Below, piece after piece: positions 51,159 to 59,800 of a DNA stretch of 64,000 nucleotides. Source of the DNA: Candidatus Obscuribacteraceae bacterium (lineage in GTDB: Bacteria > Cyanobacteriota > Vampirovibrionia > Obscuribacterales > Obscuribacteraceae). Positions within the stretch are counted from its first letter, which is position 1, and each line of letters begins with the position of its first letter. The DNA lies in NCBI GenBank assembly GCA_044226015.1, contig JBGAHS010000001.1, positions 32,001 to 96,000 of the forward strand, in the 5' to 3' direction. A model generated the notes under the pieces. It worked only from the letters and a program-made list of their open reading frames with translations, had not been told where the DNA came from and ran no database searches. The translations under genes were made by a program, and so were the position numbers.

Positions 51159-51761
51159 GTGGATCGATTTAAGGATTATTCGCAATTGAAAACATACTCG
51201 GACAAAGGGATCACCGAGTACGTTTCGGGGAATGGAGAGTTATTGCTTCTGGCAAGCTTTTCGACAACTTTTGAACGTGGCCAGTTGATTATCTTTGATT
51301 ACAAAAACGAAACCAGAACGCCGACAGTAGGACGCGACGGAAAATTACTTTTTAAGGGATTTAGCCCCTTTTTTCAATGCCGAATGGAATTCGATTTCAA
51401 GAATGGCCATCTGACCTACACTCCTGCGAGTCCTTCATTGAAGGAGCTAGGAAAAGGCGGTCAGCTCGTAGACTTGATTAGTGAAATAAGAATTGTCTCG
51501 ATAATTCCTTCTATGTTATTTGGACTCTATTCTCTGCCATTTGCAAACTCAGAATCGATCATTGTTCCATCAGAAGTTGAACTCGCAACAGGAACATCAA
51601 CTAGAAAAATCCGCTACAACAACAGTGGCTACATTGAGGAAATCATCAGAGACTCCGTACAGGAAGACCGCTCTGTTTTCCTTTCTGGATTGCAGCTAAC
51701 AAAATCTACTTCCTCTTACAACACTAAAATTCTGGTGGGAGAACATCGCTGGGAGGAGTAA
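51159..51761 (+). CDS. Hypothetical protein, possible orphan immunity gene
   Basis: 200-aa ORF; start YSQLKTYSDKG resembles YVSCREYEDVG in the 47576 gene. Confidence 0.5.
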   Translation: MDRFKDYSQLKTYSDKGITEYVSGNGELLLLASFSTTFERGQLIIFDYKNETRTPTVGRDGKLLFKGFSPFFQCRMEFDFKNGHLTYTPASPSLKELGKGGQLVDLISEIRIVSIIPSMLFGLYSLPFANSESIIVPSEVELATGTSTRKIRYNNSGYIEEIIRDSVQEDRSVFLSGLQLTKSTSSYNTKILVGEHRWEE

Positions 51762-51829
51762 CTCCCAGAATGCATAGCAGAATGTCCAATGAAAGTCTTG
51801 CTTCGTTCAACTGCAATCGATACTTTAAG

Positions 51830-51882
51830 GAAGGTTCCCAGCGGATTCAGCTCTGTGGTGACTCTACCCATTTCATCGAAGG
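51830..51882 (-). pseudogene. Short YD/Rhs repeat remnant
   Basis: Reads SFDEMGRVTTELNPLGTF. Confidence 0.55.
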
Positions 51883-52057
51883 ACCAACGTTTACCAGGCT
51901 CTGAGAATTCCAGACCACTCAACTGTCCCGGCTTATCAAATAACTCTCGCACTTTGCTTCGTGCTCAAATGGTGGCTCAAAGTTTTTGGCTAGATATGGG
52001 CATTACAGAGAATCGAGTATGTATACTGTATAGTGTTAGCCACTGTATGAGGCTCTA

Positions 52058-52435
52058 ATGACGTTTCTTATACATCAATGTCGGCACTTTATTCGACGAA
52101 CCGAACTAAGCGTACAAATTTTTTTTGGGTTCACTCCTGATTTCGAAAAATTAGATTACGTGTTTTACTCGCGCCCCCTCTTTTCCAAGGAAGGTTTGAT
52201 CAGGGATCACTTATCTTTACTCCCATTTGCAGACACCTCCTTGAAGCGAGTTGTTAAAGACTTGGGTGGTTGGGAGCATATTACAGATCCCGAGTATTTA
52301 CCGAATAGCGAAGAGTATGAAAGACTAGCCGAAGTCGGTTTTTCAAAGGATGATTTTAATAAAACTAGAGAGTATCTGTCCGATAGAAGCGCCTATAACC
52401 GAAGAGCCCTAGCTCGACAAAAGGAAAAGAAGTAA
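52058..52435 (+). CDS. Hypothetical protein convergent with cassette 3
   Basis: ATG with GAGG RBS, 125 aa, stops 13 bp from the cassette 3 stop. Confidence 0.55.
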   Translation: MTFLIHQCRHFIRRTELSVQIFFGFTPDFEKLDYVFYSRPLFSKEGLIRDHLSLLPFADTSLKRVVKDLGGWEHITDPEYLPNSEEYERLAEVGFSKDDFNKTREYLSDRSAYNRRALARQKEKK

Positions 52436-52448
52436 TCTCCTAATTTTT

Positions 52449-53297
52449 TCACTGACTAAGATTGACCGTTGCTCCGGGGAACTTCGTTAGACATTTATTA
52501 ATATCTTCTGCAAAATCAGTATCACAATCCTCCAGTTCCTGAGCTAGCACCGGATTGTTACTGGCTTCCGGCTCGTTGGCATGGCAGCCTAATTTGTCGC
52601 TCCGGCAATCATTCCATTTGTTCAGCGCTTTAAGAACACACATGTTCATTTTCATCTGAATAAAATTCATTTTGATATTTTTTATGGCGTTAGTGATTGC
52701 GTGCGCTGAAATCATCATAACGGCTGTGCTAGCCACGACGGCAGCGCCGACTGGGGTAAGGGCGATAGTCGCTGCCTGAGCATATCGACCGGACGGATCT
52801 ATATCCAAAGTTGGAGAGTTTTCTACATATCCGTAAAGATTCAACCCTCCTTTTTCTCCAATCGGATCTCTGTTGATGAATCTACCAAGAGCAGCATTAT
52901 AAGCCCTGTAGACCGGCATGCTGAGTCCACTTCTTCCATGCAGATAGTATCCTGCATATTGCATGTCAGCAGAGCTGGTGCCCGTCACAATGGTCTCAGC
53001 GACCACACCATAAGGATCATATGAATATCGGGTTTTAATGGCACCAGTGGAATCGGTCAGCTCTCTTATAGAGCCCAGGTGATCTTTGTTATAGAAATAA
53101 TTTGCGGGCGTGCCACCACTAAAGTTCACCTGGCCTCTGCTGAAGAATTGCTTACCATTGCTGAGACTGCCTGATGCATCTAGTTCCTCGCATCGCTCAC
53201 TCCCGCACCACAAATGTTGCTTCGTCGACGTAACACTACCTGCGGTGCGCTCTTCGATTTTCGTGGCACGCGAAAGTGCATCATACGAAAATTGGGT
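52449..53297 (-). CDS. Orphan Rhs C-terminal toxin cassette 3 (no ATG start)
   Basis: TQFSYDALSR head; DHLGSIRE, GRFINRDP, DPSG, then a hydrophobic helix and a Cys-containing tip. Confidence 0.85.
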   Translation of the reverse strand, partial: TQFSYDALSRATKIEERTAGSVTSTKQHLWCGSERCEELDASGSLSNGKQFFSRGQVNFSGGTPANYFYNKDHLGSIRELTDSTGAIKTRYSYDPYGVVAETIVTGTSSADMQYAGYYLHGRSGLSMPVYRAYNAALGRFINRDPIGEKGGLNLYGYVENSPTLDIDPSGRYAQAATIALTPVGAAVVASTAVMMISAHAITNAIKNIKMNFIQMKMNMCVLKALNKWNDCRSDKLGCHANEPEASNNPVLAQELEDCDTDFAEDINKCLTKFPGATVNLSQ

Positions 53298-53508
53298 GAT
53301 GTTTCCGGTGGGATTTGATTGGATTTCAGAGGTCTTTAAACACTTTACCCGCTACTATCAAAACGAGTTCAAGTAGGAATCGATATTGCGAAAGGGTGAA
53401 CATTTTGCCAAATCGATTCGAAGTCAACCTTTCAGCGCGAACCTGTTAGTAGTTGTACCGCATTATTCCAAACAAAGTCCCATTTCGTCACTCTTGAGGT
53501 GGAGGGAG

Positions 53509-54177
53509 TTACAATGCTGCATTAAGTCTATCGGAGAAAGGGATTCCTTTTTCAATATATTTAAGTCGAATTGAATCCCACGTATAAACATAAGCATGTA
53601 GGAGTTTTCCTCGGTCAACAACGTGGTTGGTAATGATCAGAGTTTTCGGAATTTTTCCTTCTTTTGACAGCACGAATTCTGGTTGATACAAGGATCCTGT
53701 TTCCAATACTTTCTGTATTTTTCCATGAGCGCAAAGGAATACGGTCGTCAAAATACTGCGTGGACCGTCTGAAAGAATAGCCATCTTATCATCCAGACGA
53801 AGGATGGAAATTGGTTTACCGTAGCAGAGTTCGTCAACATCATCGCCATTGTCAGAGCAATAAACTAATCTATTTTTTTTGTCAAAGATTTTTAGAACCG
53901 CTTGTTCCCCGGCTTTGCCCCTGAGCGCCCCAGGCGTTCTCATTATGCGAACAGAGTAGTGTTCAGTCTCGGTGTCGCTTTCGTTTCTAACAGTCCAATC
54001 GTAAAGAAACCAAAGTGAACTGTGTTGATCTCTCCACTTTCTCCAACGCGCAAGGCTTTTCACATCTGCTGTAGTTTTAGCTTTCACTGTTCGAAGCTCT
54101 TCATAGGCGTATCCGGCTGGCAACCAAAGAATCGCGGATATGAAAGACACAGCAAGCACATAAACCAATCCTGGCAT
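53509..54177 (-). CDS. Putative periplasmic immunity protein of cassette 2
   Basis: Starts 3 bp after the toxin stop; signal peptide MPGLVYVLAVSFISAILWLPAGYA. Confidence 0.7.
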   Translation of the reverse strand: MPGLVYVLAVSFISAILWLPAGYAYEELRTVKAKTTADVKSLARWRKWRDQHSSLWFLYDWTVRNESDTETEHYSVRIMRTPGALRGKAGEQAVLKIFDKKNRLVYCSDNGDDVDELCYGKPISILRLDDKMAILSDGPRSILTTVFLCAHGKIQKVLETGSLYQPEFVLSKEGKIPKTLIITNHVVDRGKLLHAYVYTWDSIRLKYIEKGIPFSDRLNAAL

Positions 54178-54180
54178 AAA

Positions 54181-55140
54181 TCATCCACCCTTGGACTTTT
54201 GTAAGCAGCCTTTATCGCACCGAGTCTTTTTAGCTTTTAAGCATTTTTCGCATTTTTGAATTGCTCCTAAATATCCGGGATCTCCACCACCAAATTTACT
54301 AATACCCTCCTCCAGCCCGAATTTACTGACGTAATACCCGGCAAGCATGGAACCCGCTCTCAAATTTTTTGCAGGATCTGACATTTCGCTCCACTTCGCA
54401 CCAACTTGGCTTGCAGATTGCTCGTTATATATTTGCAAAAGACCCTTTGCACCAGAGCCTTCTGTGTTGTCTACACTCGGCTCAAAATTATCGGGTGAGT
54501 GTGGAGTGCTTTCACGAAAAGCCATACATAACAAAAATTCCGTACCCAGTTGAGTCCCAACTGTGCCAGCTACGGTCTTGCCTGAATAGTTACAACCTCC
54601 GTCCAGCAACCTAGCAACTTGAACGCAAGTGAGAAGCCCTAGTGGGTCCAGGTAACGAATTGGATTTCCGCCAACATAGCTGTAAATATTTAAATCACCG
54701 GCTTCACCAATTGGATCTCTACTGAGCCATCTGCCTAATGAAGCTGAGTATTGACGAAACCAAGTCATGTTCAATCCACTTCGCATATGTGAGTAGTAAC
54801 CAGCATATTGAAAATCAGCGTCCTGTGAGCCTGAGATCTTGTTGACGACACCATATGGATCATAACCATACAGTGAAACAATGGTCCCTGAGCTATTAGT
54901 TAATTCCCTCACAGATCCAAGCTTATCTATGCAATAAAAATAATTAGATCCTGTGGCAGAATTAAAATTGATTTGTCCCATGCCGCAGAACTGCTTTCCA
55001 TTGCTCAAGCTTCCGGACAGATCTCGTTCTTCAGACTTCTCTGAATCGCACCATAAATGTTGCTTCGTCGAGGTAACACTGCTTGCGGTGCGCTCCTCAA
55101 TCTTCGTTGCGCGCGACAGTGCATCATACGAAAATTGGGT
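54181..55140 (-). CDS. Orphan Rhs C-terminal toxin cassette 2, lytic transglycosylase (SLT-like) tip
   Basis: TQFSYDALSR head; DPLGL; tip motifs MAFRES, GAKGLLQI, DPAKNLRAG. Confidence 0.85.
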   Translation of the reverse strand, partial: TQFSYDALSRATKIEERTASSVTSTKQHLWCDSEKSEERDLSGSLSNGKQFCGMGQINFNSATGSNYFYCIDKLGSVRELTNSSGTIVSLYGYDPYGVVNKISGSQDADFQYAGYYSHMRSGLNMTWFRQYSASLGRWLSRDPIGEAGDLNIYSYVGGNPIRYLDPLGLLTCVQVARLLDGGCNYSGKTVAGTVGTQLGTEFLLCMAFRESTPHSPDNFEPSVDNTEGSGAKGLLQIYNEQSASQVGAKWSEMSDPAKNLRAGSMLAGYYVSKFGLEEGISKFGGGDPGYLGAIQKCEKCLKAKKTRCDKGCLQKSKGG

Positions 55141-55191
55141 GATGTTTCCAGTGGGATTTGATTGGTTTTCAGAGGCTTTTAACGAGCTGAC

Positions 55192-55515
55192 CTAGCGACA
55201 GGAATTAAGTGCGCTAAAAGTCCGGGGCGGTGTTTTCGTTTGCTCAAGAACAATTCTGCGATCTAGCCAAACGGATTGAAGATGATCGTGGTTCCAAAAG
55301 CTGAGCTGGTCAAGCTCTTTCGCTAAAATGCTTGCCTTTGCAAAGTAGTCTTCAGCGGTTTTAAGGGAATGATTGCGGACTGCATCGTTTCCACATTCGA
55401 TGAGCCTTGCAAGTTCTATGTTCTTCGATCTAACTATGCCGTAATAGCCCACAAGAAGTCCCACAGACAGTGAGGCAAAGATCCTTTTTGACTTCGAGGA
55501 AAATTCTATATTCAT
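55192..55515 (-). CDS. Small membrane-anchored protein, possible orphan immunity gene
   Basis: 107 aa, N-terminal TM helix and one TPR-like helix pair; follows a decayed Rhs fragment. Confidence 0.5.
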   Translation of the reverse strand: MNIEFSSKSKRIFASLSVGLLVGYYGIVRSKNIELARLIECGNDAVRNHSLKTAEDYFAKASILAKELDQLSFWNHDHLQSVWLDRRIVLEQTKTPPRTFSALNSCR

Positions 55516-55611
55516 TATTCAGTGCGTATGTGTAAGGATTTACGTCCTTTCGGTCAAACGAGGGAGTCAACTGCTGGCTGATTGAAACCAGGGTTTGGTT
55601 TCACATTGTAA

Positions 55612-55818
55612 TCAATACCGGCATGTAACGTTGTTCCTGGCCCAGCATCGTGAGTCTTTGTAAGCTAGTGGATCACGGGAAAAAAATGCCCCACGAACTG
55701 GCTCATACAATCTGTACACTTGCGCAATTAAACCATTCCGGGAAAGACGATAATAGCCGGCGAAACCGAAGTCTGATTCGCGTGTCCCTGCAATTTTGAT
55801 TGATTGACAATAATACAT
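55612..55818 (-). pseudogene. Decayed Rhs core fragment
   Basis: ESDFGFAGYYRLSRNGL..QVYRLYEPVRGAFFSRDPL; lacks the head and the tip. Confidence 0.7.
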
Positions 55819-55943
55819 ACGACTTCGACATTGACGTTGTTGTTCGCCAGATTAGGCTACTACGAGTTCTCGGTTTCCTGAACTTACGCTTCTTCCCAAT
55901 CGTATTCTGATTTCAACGTATGTTGGATAGTTCTCTGCACGAA

Positions 55944-56588
55944 TTAAGGTGCATTGTCGACAATTGATTTGTCGGTTTCTATAATTGCCTCAATCGCGGA
56001 GGCGACTCTTTTCAATGTTTCATTACGGGATTTTTTCGCAAGAGACAGGTAACTAGGCAGCATTGTTGAGCGACAGGCTAGCAGCATATTTAGTGCGGTT
56101 ACCTTGTCTAGTGGTTTCTTTGATGTCCACCACAATTGAGCATATGATTCAGATTGGCTCCAGCCTGTCCCGGCTAGCAGTTGCGCCGCGTTGTCTCGAA
56201 TCACTTCACTGAAATCACTCAAAAGAAAATGCATTGCTAGCCGTTCTCTCAATGCAGAGTCTCTCAACCTTCGGCACCGCAGAAGAAAATACAATCTAAT
56301 TGATTCCTCTGGATACGGAAGAATTGCCAACTTTGATATCTCGTCATCAGAAATTGATTTAACAAGCAGTTGTGATTGCCAATCCAGAGTTATTACGTGT
56401 TTTATTGCAAGATGTTCTTTCTTGGTCCAAGCCAATGGTGCAGAATCACAAAGCAACTCACAGAAGTCCTTGACCAGTTCGGCTAGGTTTGAATAGTTAC
56501 TCAAAGAACAATTCTCTTCCTCGATCAATTTAAGGTGCTTCTTCAAGTTCGAAATTTTTTCTTTAAGGATCATTACATTCTTCATCAT
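55944..56588 (-). CDS. Putative immunity protein of cassette 1 (helical/HEAT-like)
   Basis: Start overlaps the toxin 3' end; SDFSEVIRDNAAQLL is a HEAT-like segment. Confidence 0.6.
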   Translation of the reverse strand: MMKNVMILKEKISNLKKHLKLIEEENCSLSNYSNLAELVKDFCELLCDSAPLAWTKKEHLAIKHVITLDWQSQLLVKSISDDEISKLAILPYPEESIRLYFLLRCRRLRDSALRERLAMHFLLSDFSEVIRDNAAQLLAGTGWSQSESYAQLWWTSKKPLDKVTALNMLLACRSTMLPSYLSLAKKSRNETLKRVASAIEAIIETDKSIVDNAP

Positions 56589-57492
56589 CTACAGCTGGGG
56601 TGTCGCCTGTAAAGCCACCATTGCATCTTCTTACGCAATAGCTCAAATATTGCACAGCCCAGAGAACACAACACTTGTATTTTCTTGGGTCTGGGTCGCA
56701 TCCGCCCGGTCCGTACATTTTATCGCAATAACCAGCACCAAGTTCTTTTGTATTATGCAGAGCATCAAATTTTTGATGACAACAGCGAAGACATCTCACC
56801 TTAGTACCATCTTGACACTCGAGAAATGGAAATTCATTTGGACGACCAATCGCAAAGTCTTCAGGCCAGGGAGTGAATTGTCTCTTTCGTGGCTTTGCCG
56901 CGTTCATTGTTAGTGGAATGCTAACAGGCGCCCCTGATGCACAAGCGCCTCCAGCGCATCCCATAAGACCTGTGTGGTCTACCCAGCGGATTGGATCATT
57001 GGAAACGTATGAATATAAATTTGGACCAGCGTTTTCACTTAGCGGATCTCTGCTAAGCCATCGACCATTAATTGAGGAATATACTCGATAATACGTCAGA
57101 TTTAAGCCAGATCTGACGTGTAGATAGTAATCTGCATACTGAAAGTCCGCGGAAAGAGTGCCTTGGACTTTGGTGACATCTCCATAAGGTCCATATGCGT
57201 ATTGCGCGACTATAGCGCCAGAGCTATCTGTCATTTCCCTTATACTTGAGGGAGGCGCATCCTTTGTAAATTGGTAGTTTGTACTTGAACCAGCATTAAA
57301 GTCTCGCTGTCCTCTTGCGAAGAATTGTTTACCGCTACCAAAGCCGCCGGTTAGGTCACGCTCCTCGCAACGTTCAGACCCGCACCACAAATGCTGCTTC
57401 GTAGAAGTGACACTGCCAGCGGTGCGCTCCTCGATTTTCGCTGCACGCGAAAGTGCGTCATACGAAAATTGGGTGTTTTTGTATGTGTCCAA
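56563..57492 (-). CDS. Orphan Rhs C-terminal toxin cassette 1 (Cys-rich tip), recombinase-proximal
   Basis: TQFSYDALSR head at 57474 (possible TTG start at 57492); GRWLSRDP, DHTGL, then a tip with many Cys. Confidence 0.85.
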   Translation of the reverse strand: MDTYKNTQFSYDALSRAAKIEERTAGSVTSTKQHLWCGSERCEERDLTGGFGSGKQFFARGQRDFNAGSSTNYQFTKDAPPSSIREMTDSSGAIVAQYAYGPYGDVTKVQGTLSADFQYADYYLHVRSGLNLTYYRVYSSINGRWLSRDPLSENAGPNLYSYVSNDPIRWVDHTGLMGCAGGACASGAPVSIPLTMNAAKPRKRQFTPWPEDFAIGRPNEFPFLECQDGTKVRCLRCCHQKFDALHNTKELGAGYCDKMYGPGGCDPDPRKYKCCVLWAVQYLSYCVRRCNGGFTGDTPAVDDEECNDP

Positions 57493-57521
57493 ATGCCGGA
57501 ACTGCCCTGCAGGAATGGATT

Positions 57522-58592
57522 CTAAGAAGTGCTGCTGGAATTCTTGCGAATTTTGTTTGGTGCTTCTTCGTGCCCCATAAGTTTGAGGAAATTGTTCGTA
57601 ATTTTCTCCATCGGCTGCCGTAATCTCTCCACGTCAATGACCAAATATCCAAATGTGGTGTCATTCTTTACGGAATGATTAGCTAGTTTTTTCAATGCAT
57701 AATGAGGAATTCCAAGGCTCTCAGCCTTCGTCAAAAACGTGCGGCGCAGGTCGTGAATTGTAAAGTGACAGTTTGAATGCTCTCGAAGTTTTTGAAGCGT
57801 CGCATCAAAGTGCGTGATGCCAGCACGTCTCCCTGGAAACACAAAATCTGATTTGCTAGAAGCAAACCGTCTCTTTAAGAGCCTTGTCAGAAAACTGCTG
57901 AGAGGGAGTACATGCGCTCTATGGTTTTTAGTTCTCTCTCCATCAATGGCGACAGTTTTTGCTTCGAAATCGATGTCCGACCATCTCAAGGAGGCGGCCT
58001 CAGCTCTCCTGAAACCAGTGAGCAATACGAAGAGAAGATAGTCGCGGACTGTTTCGCTTCGCACAGTCTTCAGAGCCGAATACCACCGAGTCAATTTAGA
58101 GTCTGGAATCATGCCCTGCCTTACAGTCGCCCGATACCAGCGCTTATTTTGTGTAAGCACGTCAACTGGGTTGTTTCTCAATAGCGGGCGCCCGTTTTTC
58201 TCATGATAACGACGAAGAGCGAAATTGAAGAGCATTCTCATAATGCGCATCACCATGTTGGCCTGAAGCTTGCTTGCTTCTGTTGAGTGCGTACCGATAT
58301 CTGAGTGCTTCTTCTCAATCATTGCCGAGCTAATTGAAGACAATGGTAGGTCTATCCAATCACTCAGATGGTGCGCAACAAGAGCGTTGTAGATGCGAAC
58401 AGAAGACTGACGCAATTCTGGCTTCGACTCTAAATAATCTCTGAGAACAGTTCTAAGCGTTTTTCCTCTAGATTTCTTTTTAGAGACCTGGCGCTTTGCG
58501 AAGCTGGTTTGCTTAATGCGATTCTCAATCCTTGAGACTAGACCCGGGCCGCTTTTGATTCTAACCATCACAATAATTCTTAGTTCAGTCAT
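57522..58592 (-). CDS. Tyrosine recombinase/integrase
   Basis: Complete catalytic set: TGFRRAE (R), TKNHR (K), HDLRR (H-x-x-R), LANH (H), TFGY (Y); SAM-like core-binding domain; GGAG RBS before ATG 58592. Confidence 0.93.
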   Translation of the reverse strand: MTELRIIVMVRIKSGPGLVSRIENRIKQTSFAKRQVSKKKSRGKTLRTVLRDYLESKPELRQSSVRIYNALVAHHLSDWIDLPLSSISSAMIEKKHSDIGTHSTEASKLQANMVMRIMRMLFNFALRRYHEKNGRPLLRNNPVDVLTQNKRWYRATVRQGMIPDSKLTRWYSALKTVRSETVRDYLLFVLLTGFRRAEAASLRWSDIDFEAKTVAIDGERTKNHRAHVLPLSSFLTRLLKRRFASSKSDFVFPGRRAGITHFDATLQKLREHSNCHFTIHDLRRTFLTKAESLGIPHYALKKLANHSVKNDTTFGYLVIDVERLRQPMEKITNNFLKLMGHEEAPNKIRKNSSSTS

Positions 58593-58932
58593 GTGCTTCT
58601 CCACAAATTTTTTTCCAGTTTGGAGATTGGCACTACACATAACTCAAACAAGTTGAACAGACTCATTAGAATGCAATTCGAATTGAAGTTGCGTTCTCTC
58701 ATTTCCCATGCAAACGTGTCTTTTGATGGTGTTAGAAAGCTTTGCTCCACGAAGAGCAAAAAGAGTTACCTCTTCCGCTTGTTCATTAAATTCTGAGTTT
58801 GTGGTTCGAGGGGGATGTATTTCTGTGTCATCAAAGATATACTCCTCCAATAAATTTCTTCCCGGTTGAAAGATAACAACTGGTGCACTGCGTCAAGTGC
58901 CCCAGGCATGCCGTTTCTAAAGGAGCGACGTA

Positions 58933-59790
58933 ATGTCAAAATTTGCGACAATGGCCCTTTCGTTGAGCATTTGTATTTTTGGAAATTTGATTCCAGCAAA
59001 TGCCCAATGTGTTGGCGGAAGTCCTTCATCAGCGGTCACGTCTATAGATGAAACTGGGAATTTTCCATCAAGTCGTATGTTGGTGGACGGGCTAGGAACG
59101 ACCGTGGACACTGGCACCGCAGGAAAGATAAAAGTAAATGTTAGCGCCCTGATTGCTGCACCGCAGCGGGTGGGTTGGTGGACGCCTCTCACGACTGCGG
59201 CAACGACGTTCAGCGCAGTGGGCATGACTGCCGTACCTACTGCATCTGGCACTGCAGCCAATGCTAGTGGCACATCAGGCAACTTGATAAAATACAGTAC
59301 AGCGACAACGGTGAATGCAGTTGGCGGAATTCGGTCAACTGCATTCACTGACGCGCGATATCAGTACTCGCCAACATTTGCTACGAGAGTACGTACCAGC
59401 GCCTCTGGAATAGCGAGCCAACGAATATGGATAGGACTGGCGGCAAGCAACCCCAGCGGAAGTGCTACGCCAACAGCTAATCTCGCCTCATTTCGATATG
59501 ACACCGGTGCTGGCGATACGACGTGGAAATGTGTGAGTTCAAATGCTTCCACAAACACGGTGGTTGACAGTGGAGTTACAGTTGCTACAAGTACTACTTA
59601 CGACATGTTTGTAGACAGCTCCGATCCTTCAAAACTCGTGTACACAATTAACGGTGCTATTGTTGCAACGATCACTACTAATTTGCCAGTGGACAATACA
59701 AACATCGGACCGAATATTTCAATCACAAATCTCCTGGCGGGAACTGCTCGAGATTTGAGCGTCGGCACAACTAGAATCCAGCAATATTAG
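58933..59790 (+). CDS. Secreted Thr/Ser/Gly-rich beta-strand protein, first gene of the Rhs operon
   Basis: AAGGAG RBS; signal peptide ending ANA; lectin-like beta-sandwich appearance. Confidence 0.7.
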   Translation: MSKFATMALSLSICIFGNLIPANAQCVGGSPSSAVTSIDETGNFPSSRMLVDGLGTTVDTGTAGKIKVNVSALIAAPQRVGWWTPLTTAATTFSAVGMTAVPTASGTAANASGTSGNLIKYSTATTVNAVGGIRSTAFTDARYQYSPTFATRVRTSASGIASQRIWIGLAASNPSGSATPTANLASFRYDTGAGDTTWKCVSSNASTNTVVDSGVTVATSTTYDMFVDSSDPSKLVYTINGAIVATITTNLPVDNTNIGPNISITNLLAGTARDLSVGTTRIQQY

Positions 59791-59800
59791 TGAGGTAACT

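Noticed and set aside
49015..55195. Repeated + strand ORFs containing HHKCCFVEVTLPAVRSS
   Set aside because: They are the antisense reading of the conserved Rhs cassette heads, not a separate gene family.
47576..57492. Diversity-generating retroelement
   Set aside because: There is no reverse transcriptase in the window, differences between cassette heads are not adenine-specific, and the tips are non-homologous.
57522..58592. Classical integron integrase or prophage integrase
   Set aside because: I see no IntI-specific insertion, no GTTRRRY/RYYYAAC attC pattern at the cassette ends, and no phage genes or adjacent tRNA.
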